Shown here: positions 28,048 to 36,503 of the stretch, piece after piece
Position numbering within the stretch: the stretch's first letter is position 1
How the letters are laid out: each line of letters opens with the position of its first letter
Source: Thermoanaerobaculia bacterium
Lineage (GTDB): Bacteria; Acidobacteriota; Thermoanaerobaculia; UBA5066; Gp7-AA6
Assembly: GCA_038239305.1 (NCBI GenBank)
Contig: JBBSEW010000015.1
Coordinates: forward strand, 66-64,065
Reading direction: 5' to 3'
Length of the DNA: 64,000 bases
Made by a program: the position numbers and the translations under genes
Notes under the pieces: generated by a model
What the model was told of the DNA's origin: nothing
The model's database searches: none
Seen by the model: only the letters and a program-made list of their open reading frames with translations

Positions 28048-29094
28048 ATGAGAAATCGATACTTCCCGACGCGCACGAGGGGCCTCGGCCTCGCGGCCGC
28101 CGCTCTTTTCGTTTCGGCAACGCTCTTCGCCGGTCCGCCTGCCCGCGTGTCCGGAGCGCGCTCCACGGACGAGTCCCTGGCTCTCGTGCCCGCGGACGCG
28201 GCCTCCGTCGCGATGGTGCGGTTCGACGATCTGCGGTCGAGCCCGCTTTCCGCGCGTCTCTTCTCGGACACGGATCATCTCACCGTCGATGGCGACGCCG
28301 CGCGCTTCCTGGACGAGGCGCGCCTGAATCCCCGCGAAGATGTGGATTCGGTTGTGATGGCGGGTCTGCCGACGTCCGGTTCGGCGTCGAACATCCTGGC
28401 GATCGTCGAGGGCCGGTTCGATCCCGAACGGCTGGCGGCGGCGGCGCAGACGCGGGGCGCGACGAAGAAGACCGTCGCCGTGGGAACCTACTACCTGCTG
28501 CCCGAGAAATCGAGCGACGGAAATGAGCACAAGTCGCACGGTCCGACGGCCGCGGCGTTCGTGTCTTCGCACCTGGTGCTCGGCGGAAGCGAAGCGGCCG
28601 TCGTGGCGGCGCTCACCGCGCATGCGGGCGGCGGAACGGGATTTGCCTCCGGAACCGGTCTCGGCAAGGAGCTCGGCCGGATCGACAGGACATCTTCGGC
28701 GTGGGCGCTCGTCGACGTCACTCGCTATCCCGCGGTTCAGGCCGGGATCGACCGGGGTCAGAGCCGCAGCCACGGCAGCGACACCGCGTCGGCCCTGCTC
28801 GGGGCAATGAAGTCCGTGACCCTCTTCTCGTTTCAGGCGTCTATCCGCGGAGACGGGCTGGACCTCACGGCGAGCGGGGTGACGAAGGACACGGATACGA
28901 GGCAGCTCCTCGAGGACTCCCTGCGGGGCGTGATCGCGATCTGGCGACTCGCGATTCAGGATCGGCAGCCGGAGCTCGTTCCCGTTCTCCGTCAGTTCCG
29001 CGTCAGCAACACCGCCGACGCGGTCACGATCAGCGGAACCCTTCCCGGCAGCGCCCTCCGCAGCCTGAGCGCGAAGCGAACGGCCTCGCGGTAG
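28048..29094 (+). CDS. secreted hypothetical protein, third gene of the ABC cluster
   Basis: ATG 1 nt after the permease stop. Signal peptide GLGLAAAALFVSATLFAG. No family recognised. Confidence 0.6.
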   Translation: MRNRYFPTRTRGLGLAAAALFVSATLFAGPPARVSGARSTDESLALVPADAASVAMVRFDDLRSSPLSARLFSDTDHLTVDGDAARFLDEARLNPREDVDSVVMAGLPTSGSASNILAIVEGRFDPERLAAAAQTRGATKKTVAVGTYYLLPEKSSDGNEHKSHGPTAAAFVSSHLVLGGSEAAVVAALTAHAGGGTGFASGTGLGKELGRIDRTSSAWALVDVTRYPAVQAGIDRGQSRSHGSDTASALLGAMKSVTLFSFQASIRGDGLDLTASGVTKDTDTRQLLEDSLRGVIAIWRLAIQDRQPELVPVLRQFRVSNTADAVTISGTLPGSALRSLSAKRTASR

Positions 29095-29106
29095 GAATCC
29101 GGCCCG

Positions 29107-31233
29107 CTATTTCTTTCCGTTCTTTCCGTTCTTTCCGGCCTCTCCGGCATCCGCCGGGGAGGCCGTTTCCGTCCAGGGCGAGATCGAGACGATCTCGGCG
29201 TCCACGCCGGACAGGGACACGCGCTCCGCTTCGCGCCGGCCCAGAAGGCTCTGCGCAAACTCGGATTCATACGAATAGATGCTCACTTCGGGATGCGAAT
29301 CCCAGGGTCCGAGGATCGTCACGGTCCGACGCGCACCGCTCTCGAGCTCGCGAATGACGACGCGCGTCCCGACCCGGACCTCCGAGACGTCGATGCGGGT
29401 GGGATCGAGCGCGCGCGTCCGGGAGAGCTCGTCCGACAGGCCGGCAATGCGCGCCGAGAGGTACTCGTGCTTCTGCCGCGCCGACTGGTACTCGAAGTTC
29501 TCGCGCAGGTCGCCGTGCTCCTTCGCCGTGCGCATCGCCTCCGCATTGGCCGGAAGCTCCACGGACTTGAGATGGATGATCTCTTTTCGCTTGGTCTCGA
29601 TCGACTCCGCGGTCCCGTAGATGTACTCCCGCGCGGGGGCGCGAAGGTCCGGGTACGCCATGAGGAGAGCCTCGCGGACTGTGGAGCGCCGATGCTCTTC
29701 GAGGCCTCCAGCCCGGGTCAGCGCCGTCAGGTATTCGCGCGCCTCGGACTCGGAAGCGGCTCGGACGAGCCGCACCGCGAGCTTGCCCGGGTCGAAGAGC
29801 TCCTTCAGGCGCGAACGGAGAGACGAGAATTCGTCCTGCCGGAGGGCGTCGACGAGGACGAGGAACAGGTTCGACGTGGCGGGCGTGTTCTCTTCCTGCA
29901 TGCGCTCGCAGAGCCACACGAAGGCGCGAGGTGCCATCCTTGGCGACCGCAGGATCCTCCGCGTGATCTCATCGCGGCGCTCCTTCGCCCCCTCGAGCTC
30001 GCGGTAGAGGTACGCGAGCACGCGCGCATCTTCGTCCCGCTGGAACTGCTCGAGGAAAAGCTCGGACCAGCCGGGCACGGCGGCCCGCACCGCTTCGAGC
30101 GCCCGCTCGCGGGCAGACGAGTCGCGGATTTTCTGGATGATCCGTCCCGGCTCGCCGGCGGAGAGGAGTTCGTCGGCAGGAAACGCCTCCGGCTCGCCGG
30201 AGGTGAACCGCGCCGCCGTCTGGGAAAGCTCCCAGGCGAGCGCGGGGTCAGACGACGCGTATTCGCGCGCGCGCGCGGAGAGAGTGGCGGCAAACTCGCG
30301 GCCGAGCTCGCGGGACCGTTTTCCGTTCTTGCGGGCGATCTCGATCTGTTTGCGCGGATCGGCGTTCTGGAATCCGGAGCGAATCTCGTCATCCGCGGCG
30401 CCCGCGCTGTCGGACCAGGAGACGCGCGCCGACTTGGCCGCGCCCGCGACCAGCAGCTGGGGGTGCTTCTTCGCGGAAGTCCAGAAGGAGGTCCAGCGGG
30501 ACTCTTCGACGATTCCGGAGAGGTGCTCTTTCACCTCGGCGAGCGTGAGAGGCCGGGAGAAGCTGGCGAGGATCCGGCGGACGGCCTCGGATGGATCGGA
30601 CGCGGCGAGCGCTCGGACCTCGTCCGGCTTCTCGAGCCGGTCGCGCAGAAAGTGCCCCTCCGGCAGGGCTTCGAGCGTCCGCTCGGCCGATACGAGAGAA
30701 AGCGGAAGTTTCGTGCCGGCGATCTCGAGGCGGACGACATCGAGAGCAGGATTGAGCTCGGCGATCCGGCCGGGCCCGCGTCCCGGAAGGTAGTAGATGT
30801 CTCCCGGGGTGAATCGGAGCCAGCGCTCGGCCTTCGCGGCCGCGGCCCCGGGGTCCGGCGTCTTGCCGATCGCATGCTTGGCGAGAACGGCGGTGAGCGC
30901 GGGATGTTTGGCGAAACGCGTCTTGAGAGCCGTCTCGAGCTCTCCTCGGATCCCGGTGTCCGCCGGAGTGCTGCGGGCGATCTCGAGGAGGACGTGGAAG
31001 CGGGCGCTCTCGTCCTTGCGGCGCCCGAGCTCATCGGCGAGAAGCCGGAGCCAGCCGACCGCCTCCGTGCCGTGGCCTTTCTTCTTGGCGGCAGCGGCCA
31101 CCGCGAAGAAAAGGGGGAGGTAGGAAGGATCCGATTCGATCCGCCGGATCCACTCGTTCTCGAGTGCCGCGAACTTCTTCTGTTCGATCAGGGCCGACAA
31201 ATCGTCGGGAATGTGGCTGTGGGCGTCCTGCAC
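29107..31233 (-). CDS. large helical protein with a C-terminal GreA/GreB-type domain
   Basis: The last approx. 170 aa match GreA (GDLRENFEYQSARQKHEYLSARIAGL ... VRVGTRVVI ... VTILGPWDS ... ISYESEFAQSLLGRR). The preceding approx. 530 aa are helical with no recognised family. GTG start. The C-terminus GKNGKNGKK is encoded by a 9-nt repeat. Confidence 0.8.
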   Translation of the reverse strand: MQDAHSHIPDDLSALIEQKKFAALENEWIRRIESDPSYLPLFFAVAAAAKKKGHGTEAVGWLRLLADELGRRKDESARFHVLLEIARSTPADTGIRGELETALKTRFAKHPALTAVLAKHAIGKTPDPGAAAAKAERWLRFTPGDIYYLPGRGPGRIAELNPALDVVRLEIAGTKLPLSLVSAERTLEALPEGHFLRDRLEKPDEVRALAASDPSEAVRRILASFSRPLTLAEVKEHLSGIVEESRWTSFWTSAKKHPQLLVAGAAKSARVSWSDSAGAADDEIRSGFQNADPRKQIEIARKNGKRSRELGREFAATLSARAREYASSDPALAWELSQTAARFTSGEPEAFPADELLSAGEPGRIIQKIRDSSARERALEAVRAAVPGWSELFLEQFQRDEDARVLAYLYRELEGAKERRDEITRRILRSPRMAPRAFVWLCERMQEENTPATSNLFLVLVDALRQDEFSSLRSRLKELFDPGKLAVRLVRAASESEAREYLTALTRAGGLEEHRRSTVREALLMAYPDLRAPAREYIYGTAESIETKRKEIIHLKSVELPANAEAMRTAKEHGDLRENFEYQSARQKHEYLSARIAGLSDELSRTRALDPTRIDVSEVRVGTRVVIRELESGARRTVTILGPWDSHPEVSIYSYESEFAQSLLGRREAERVSLSGVDAEIVSISPWTETASPADAGEAGKNGKNGKK

Positions 31234-31357
31234 GGAGGTTGGATACTAACCTGTCGGCGGTTCCCGCGCGAAATGGCGGCCGATCGAGCACACGGGAGCG
31301 AGGGAAACGCGCGCGGGCCCGTCGAAAAGCGCCGAACCCGCCGGCAGCGCGGGGGCT

Positions 31358-32110
31358 CTAAGCGGTCGTCGATTCGAGCTTGCGGCGGCGAATTCCGAAC
31401 ACCGTGCCGCTCAAGGCCTGCAACGGGCCGAGGGAGACGTACACGATCCCGGCCCAGGCGGCTCCCCTCGGTCCCGCCAGGAGAGCGATCACGAGAGACA
31501 CCACGCCCACGGATATCTGCAGGACCGCACTGAAGATGCTCTCGCGTGTGTCGAACTGTTCGAGCACGTTCAGCTCCAGGGAGTGGCGGAGCCGGTACGC
31601 GTGGAGGTACAGCAGCGCGAACAGGAGAAAAACGGCGATGTATCCGGCGTCGAAGATGAGCATCAGCTGCCGCATCTCGTCGTCGGATCGGATCATCGTC
31701 CCGTGCCCCGGCGCGAAAGAGGAGATGCCGAAGAGCTGTTTGACGAGGATCGTGAAGAGGAACTTGAGCGGATAGACGTAGAAGAGCACGACGAAAATCA
31801 ACGCGGCGTTCAGCAGGACGACGATCCGGTCTTCCAGGCCATAGCGCCGGAAGAACACGTACTGCTCGTACCAGATCGCGAACAGCATCGCGAAGCAGAT
31901 GGCGAAGGCGACGAAGCCGCGCATCGTGAGCATGAGCTCGTCGAACGTGCGGGGGACTTCGAGCGACACGACCAGGAGAGTGATCGCGAACGCGAAAACC
32001 GCGTCACTCAGCCCTTCCAGCCGGGAGACTTCCTTTCCCCCGCGCCACCGGAAGCCGCTCGTCGCGCCGATGGATTTCCCGGCGAAATGACCACGGAGAG
32101 AACGAGTCAC
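31358..32110 (-). CDS. TMEM175-family (DUF1211) potassium channel-like membrane protein
   Basis: RLEGLSDAVFAFAITLLV matches the RxxxFSDGVFAIAITLL signature. 6 TM helices. Confidence 0.8.
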   Translation of the reverse strand: MTRSLRGHFAGKSIGATSGFRWRGGKEVSRLEGLSDAVFAFAITLLVVSLEVPRTFDELMLTMRGFVAFAICFAMLFAIWYEQYVFFRRYGLEDRIVVLLNAALIFVVLFYVYPLKFLFTILVKQLFGISSFAPGHGTMIRSDDEMRQLMLIFDAGYIAVFLLFALLYLHAYRLRHSLELNVLEQFDTRESIFSAVLQISVGVVSLVIALLAGPRGAAWAGIVYVSLGPLQALSGTVFGIRRRKLESTTA

Positions 32111-32132
32111 GTTGCGGCTATTGTATTCATAC

Positions 32133-33026
32133 GTGGATAAATCCCTCCGGACGCGCGCGATCGGTTTCGCCGCCGCGTTGGCCGCGGCAGGGTGCGTCGG
32201 CGTCTCCGTGGCGAGCGGTCAAAGTTCCTCCGCCTCGACCTCCGGAGAGCCTTCCCATCCGCCGCACGCCATCCAGGACAACAGTTTTCTCGTCGAAGAG
32301 GCCTACAACCAGGAAGAAGGAATCGTTCAGCACATCAGCCAGTTCACGCGGGATCACGCTTCGGGAGACTGGCTCTTCACGTTCACCCAGGAGTGGCCGT
32401 TGCCCGGGGATGCGCGTCACCAGGTGAGCGCTACTCTTCCCCTGGCGCGCGTTTCCGGGACCCATTCGCGCGGCCCGGAAGACGCCGCTTTGAACTACCG
32501 GTACCAGCTCGTCGGCGACGACAAGGAAGCGGTCGCGGTCGCCCCGCGATTGACGGTCTTCCTGCCGACCGGCCGCAGCGACCGGGAGCTCGGGGCCGGC
32601 GGGCCGGGACTCCAGGTCGAGGTCCCGGTCAGCACGCTTCTCTCCGACGACTGGATCGCGCACGAGAACGTCGGAGGAAACTGGATTCCTTCCGCGCGGA
32701 ATGTCGCCGGCAACCGCGCCTCGACCGTCGCGTGTAATGCCGGAGCGAGCGTGATCTGGATCGGCAGTCCGATTCTCGATCTCATGCTGGAGACCGTTTA
32801 CTCGAGGTTCCAGACGGTGGTCTCCCGCGGACGCACCTCATGGGATTCCTCGTGGCTCGTGAGCCCGGGCATCCGGTGGGCTTACAATTTTTCGAGCGGG
32901 CTGCAGATCGTGCCGGGAGTCGCGTTTCCGATCGGCATCGGTCCGAGCCGCGGGTCGCGGCAGATCCTGCTGTATTTGAGCTTCGAGCATCCGTTCCGGA
33001 CGCCGGACCGTCCCCCGGCTCCCTGA
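32133..33026 (+). CDS. putative secreted or outer-membrane protein
   Basis: GTG at 32133 gives a signal peptide (AIGFAAALAAAGCVGVSVASG). The alternating-polarity, beta-rich sequence is possibly a MetA/phenol-degradation-like barrel. Family call is weak. Confidence 0.55.
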   Translation: MDKSLRTRAIGFAAALAAAGCVGVSVASGQSSSASTSGEPSHPPHAIQDNSFLVEEAYNQEEGIVQHISQFTRDHASGDWLFTFTQEWPLPGDARHQVSATLPLARVSGTHSRGPEDAALNYRYQLVGDDKEAVAVAPRLTVFLPTGRSDRELGAGGPGLQVEVPVSTLLSDDWIAHENVGGNWIPSARNVAGNRASTVACNAGASVIWIGSPILDLMLETVYSRFQTVVSRGRTSWDSSWLVSPGIRWAYNFSSGLQIVPGVAFPIGIGPSRGSRQILLYLSFEHPFRTPDRPPAP

Positions 33027-33082
33027 TCCGGCTGTCCTCAACCGGAAGGAGACGGACGGGGGAGGCCGTCGGCTGGGTAACC

Positions 33083-33923
33083 TCAGACGTCCGGTGCGAA
33101 CCAGACCGCGAGGTTCCTCACGTAGCGCCTGATGTCGTCCACGGCCCGCGGCTCCCGTTTCATGCCGTCTCCTTCCGGCTCCGTCACGAAGGAGGGCGCG
33201 CCCCGGGACGTGTTCCAGTTGTAGTCGGCGAAGTGGTGGAAGCTGGACTCCGCGATACCCCGTCCGAGGCGATTTCCGTGCCGGTCGTCCGCACCCGGAG
33301 CCTGCCGCGGATCGCCACGCTCCAGACGACACCGGCACGCCGACCATTTCGTGGCCGAACTACCACTCGGGCCGCAACGGTGACTTCCAGAGCATCCGGC
33401 CCACGAGCCCGCCGCACGAGCTGCTGCGCCATCCCGGGTCGCCGACCGGCCGGATCGAGCGTTTCCCCGCCCACCCGCACGAGGGAGCGGTCGGAGTGCC
33501 TTCGGACGAAGAGCATGCGCGCGCGTCGTCGCGACCGGCCGAAGCCTCACGACGGGGCGGGATTTCGATTCCCCCGAGCGAGCAGAGAGACGAGCCCATG
33601 TCCTGATGGTCGCGGGTCGCCAGGATGCCGCCCCTTCTCTGCCGGAAGCGGGTGATCCCCTCGCAGTCCTCGACCGCAAGGCCTTCCCCCGTGTCGAGCG
33701 CAAAGAGCCACAGTTCGTCGAAAGGAGCCTCGTCGAGTCGCGAAAGAACGAGGTCGGGCTCGCCCGGAGGCCCCGGCCGGTTGCGCGCCGTCACGGAGAC
33801 GGAGAGGCCGTCCTCCCGGATCCCGGCGAGGTGCTCGCGGAGAAGCGAGAGCCGGTCGATCGACCAGCCGTCCTCTTCGCCGGGCGTGGTTGTCTGGACG
33901 AGGATGCGGATATCGCGGTTCAT
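33083..33923 (-). pseudogene. conserved hypothetical gene that appears frameshifted (or contains assembly indels)
   Basis: The N-terminal part (MNRDIRILVQTTTPGEEDGW ... ILATRDHQDMGSSLCSLGG) runs in frame A and stops at 33360. A well-conserved-looking C-terminal part (..GRGIAESSFHHFADYNWNTSRGAPSFVTEPEGDG..IRRYVRNLAVWF) is in another frame (33083..approx. 33330) with no usable start codon. A third frame (33184..33516) is also open in between. Confidence 0.45.
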
Positions 33924-33924
33924 G

Positions 33925-34176
33925 TCAGACCATCGCTTCATGGACATAGCACCAGCGCCACGTCTCGCCCGGCTCGAACGACCGGATGATCGGGTGCGTC
34001 GTGGCGTGGAAGTGCTTGGTCGCGTGCCGGTTGGGCGAGTCGTCGCAGCATCCGACGTGACCGCACGAAAGACAGAGACGCAGGTGAAGCCACCGGCCGC
34101 CGATCTTGAGGCAATCCTCGCAGCCCTTCGCGCTCGGCGTGACTTCGCGGACTTCTTTCAGATGCGGGTCGCTCAT
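33925..34176 (-). CDS. UBP-type zinc-finger (ZnF-UBP) domain protein
   Basis: CEDCL..GGRWLHLRLCLSCGHVGCCDDSPNRHATKHFHATTHPIIRSFEPGETWRWCY is the full ZnF-UBP Cys/His pattern. RBS aaggag 6 nt upstream of the ATG. Confidence 0.85.
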   Translation of the reverse strand: MSDPHLKEVREVTPSAKGCEDCLKIGGRWLHLRLCLSCGHVGCCDDSPNRHATKHFHATTHPIIRSFEPGETWRWCYVHEAMV

Positions 34177-34289
34177 GCAGACTCCTTTGCCGGAGGGATG
34201 CGGGTTACGGAGAGAGCCGTCCGCTCTCGGCTGTTCTCCGCTCGAAAGCGTAGCCTAGAAAAACGGTTGCGGGCAAGAATCGGCTTACC

Positions 34290-34889
34290 GTGCTATACGA
34301 ATCGTGTGGGGATCGACATGGAGACCGCCTCCTGAATCCGACACTCGAGCGGTGCGCGCGCGGATTCGCGGAGGCGCGCGAGGCAATCACGGCCGTCGCG
34401 GCGGGGCTCACCGAGGAGCAGATGCAATGGCGGCCGCGCGACGACCGGTGGTCGGTGGTCGAGTGCCTGGACCACCTCAACGCCGGGTGGACGGCGCTGC
34501 CCAAGCTCGATCGCCGCATCGCCGAGGCGCGGGCGGACGGCATTCTCGAGACCGGTCCCTTTCGCAGCACGTGGTTCGGCTCCTGGTACGTCCGCGCCGT
34601 CGAGCCGCCCGTTCGCATCCGCGTGCCCGCCCCGAGACGGTTCCGGCCGCGGACCGCGCCCCCCTCCGTCGAGGTCGTCCCGCGCCTGCTGCAGCTTCAG
34701 GATGAGCTCGTCCTGCGGGTGCGCGCATCGGACGGGCTCGATGCCGGCGCGATCCGGCTGAGCTCGCCGATCTCGCGCCGCCTGAAGATGACGCTCGCCG
34801 AATGGTTCCTCTTCATCGCGGGGCACGAGCGGAGGCACTTGTGGCAAGCGCGTCGGGTGCGGGACGCTCTTCCGGAGATCGTGAGCTAG
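34290..34889 (+). CDS. DinB-family (DinB_2) four-helix-bundle protein
   Basis: ..WRPRDDRWSVVECLDHL.. and the C-terminal ..FIAGHERRHLWQARRV match the DinB His triad pattern. GTG start is uncertain. Confidence 0.75.
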   Translation: MLYESCGDRHGDRLLNPTLERCARGFAEAREAITAVAAGLTEEQMQWRPRDDRWSVVECLDHLNAGWTALPKLDRRIAEARADGILETGPFRSTWFGSWYVRAVEPPVRIRVPAPRRFRPRTAPPSVEVVPRLLQLQDELVLRVRASDGLDAGAIRLSSPISRRLKMTLAEWFLFIAGHERRHLWQARRVRDALPEIVS

Positions 34890-34907
34890 ATCGCCGCGCC
34901 TTGCGAC

Positions 34908-35059
34908 AATCTCGCGATCTCGCGATCGGGTGATCTCGCGATCAATCGGACTATCGAATCATCGGTTATCGGAGACACGCCGTCCGGATTTCCCAGATTT
35001 CCCGATCGTTCGATGAATCGATTGATCGCGAGATCACGAGATCGCGAGATCGTGAGATT
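34908..35059. repeat. imperfect 41-nt inverted repeat (built from 8-nt ATCTCGCG units) flanking a 70-nt spacer; REP/MITE-like intergenic element
   Basis: Left arm 34908-34948: aatctcgcg atctcgcg atcgggtg atctcgcg atcaatcg. Right arm 35019-35059 is its reverse complement with 4 mismatches. It fills the DinB to dipeptidase spacer. Confidence 0.9.
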
Positions 35060-35068
35060 CTCACTCGC

Positions 35069-35734
35069 ATGCGAACTCGAACTCTCGCCGCTCTCGTTCT
35101 GATCGCCCTGTCCGGCTGTGCATCCGCGCCCTTGTCCCGGCCGCCGGTCGAGAAGGGCGAGTTTCGGGCGCCCGACCTCGTCGAGCTCGTGAAGCTCGAG
35201 CCGGGGATCCATCTCGACATCCGTTACGCGACTTCGAACAATTTTGCGAAGCGGCCCGTGTACAAGGAAGCCCGCGCCTTTCTCGAGCGGCCGGCCGCGG
35301 AAGCGGTGATCCGGGCTCATCGTGCCCTCGCCTCGCAGGGGTACGGCATCGTGGTGTTCGACGGCTATCGCCCCTGGTCCGTGACGAAGCTCTTCTGGGA
35401 GATAGTCACGCAGTCTGATCGGGACCGCGGTTTCGTGGCGGATCCGGCGAAGGGCTCCAAGCACAACCGGGGATGCGCGGTCGATCTTTCGCTCTACGTG
35501 CTGGCGACCGGCGCGGAGGCGCCGATGCCGAGCACTTACGACGAGTTCTCGGACCGCGCGTCGCCGAAGTACGCCGGCGGGCTCGCGGAGCTGCTCGCGC
35601 GGCGGGAGCTTCTCCGTGCGGCGATGGAGAAGGAAGGCTTTGAGGTCGATCCCGGCGAGTGGTGGCACTACAACTACAAAGAGTGGAGGAAGTATCCGAT
35701 CATCGACATCCCGTTCGACGCGATCGGGCGCTGA
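35069..35734 (+). CDS. D-alanyl-D-alanine dipeptidase (peptidase M15D, VanX/DdpX-like), lipoprotein
   Basis: Lipobox LIALSGC. ..DIRYATSNNF.. , ..VFDGYRPWSV.. , ..SKHNRGCAVDL.. , ..EWWHY.. Confidence 0.85.
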   Translation: MRTRTLAALVLIALSGCASAPLSRPPVEKGEFRAPDLVELVKLEPGIHLDIRYATSNNFAKRPVYKEARAFLERPAAEAVIRAHRALASQGYGIVVFDGYRPWSVTKLFWEIVTQSDRDRGFVADPAKGSKHNRGCAVDLSLYVLATGAEAPMPSTYDEFSDRASPKYAGGLAELLARRELLRAAMEKEGFEVDPGEWWHYNYKEWRKYPIIDIPFDAIGR

Positions 35735-35741
35735 GGACGGC

Positions 35742-35790
35742 GGGAAACGGGAAACGGGAAACGGGAAACGGGAAACGGGAAACGGGAACA
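35742..35790 (+). repeat. heptamer tandem repeat (GGGAAAC) x7
   Basis: Six perfect units plus gggaaca. Starts 8 nt after the dipeptidase stop and ends 18 nt before the next start codon. G3-N4 periodicity on the coding (+) strand. Confidence 0.97.
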
Positions 35791-35807
35791 CAGAGAATCT
35801 CCCGTCG

Positions 35808-36392
35808 ATGGCAGCTTCCGTTCTGGTTATCCCCGGGCTGCTCGGGTCCGGGCCGGATCACTGGCAGACGCGACTCGAAGGGGAGTTCCCGACGGCGCGG
35901 CGCGTCGAGCAGAAGGATTGGGCGCGGCCGGATCGCTCGGAATGGGTCGCGACGCTCGATCGGGCGATCCGGGAATGCGCGGAGGCTCCCATCCTCGTCG
36001 CGCATTCGCTCGGGTGCGTGACGGCCGCCGCCTGGGCTTCAGACCGGCCACAGGGCTTCGTGCGCGGCGCCCTCCTCGTCGCGCCGAGCGATGTGGAGCG
36101 CGCGGACGCTCCGGAGGCGATCCGCGGTTTCTCGCCGATCCCGATGATGCGTCTGCCGTTTCCGAGCGTCCTCGTCGCCTCGTCGGACGATCCCTTTCTC
36201 ACGGTCGCGCGGAGCCGCGAGCTCGCGGTGGCCTGGGGGAGCCGCTGGCTCGACATCGGCCCCGCCGGCCACGTCAATGCAGCCTCCGGTTTCGGCCCGT
36301 GGCCGGCCGGCGAGGCTCTCGTGCGGCAGCTCGCGGATGCCAATCCTGCGGAGAGAGGACTTCCGCCAGGCTCCCTCTCCCGAGAGCGGTGA
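35808..36392 (+). CDS. RBBP9/YdeN-family serine hydrolase (alpha/beta fold)
   Basis: ATG at 35808. VLVIPGLLGSGPDHWQ, nucleophile AHSLGC, ..SSDDPF.., ..GHVN.. pattern of the YdeN family. Confidence 0.8.
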   Translation: MAASVLVIPGLLGSGPDHWQTRLEGEFPTARRVEQKDWARPDRSEWVATLDRAIRECAEAPILVAHSLGCVTAAAWASDRPQGFVRGALLVAPSDVERADAPEAIRGFSPIPMMRLPFPSVLVASSDDPFLTVARSRELAVAWGSRWLDIGPAGHVNAASGFGPWPAGEALVRQLADANPAERGLPPGSLSRER

Positions 36393-36503
36393 CCGCCGTC
36401 CTTCTCTTTTTCCCTCACGCGGTCGCGTTCTTCCCTTCCGCGGTCGCGGCGCATTCGTTGCGGCGTCCGGATCCGGCCATTCCGGCTTAAAATCACCGGT
36501 TCC

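Noticed and set aside
35742-35790. GGGAAAC as a -1 programmed frameshift slippery heptamer (X XXY YYZ)
   Set aside because: The array lies downstream of the dipeptidase stop codon (35732-35734), so ribosomes translating that gene never reach it. The through-reading ORF 35616..36392 overlaps the dipeptidase gene out of frame and is not credible upstream of 35808.
36393-36503. Riboswitch or leader upstream of metH
   Set aside because: It contains a short direct repeat (cgcggtcgcg x2), but I recognise no SAM, B12 or T-box features.
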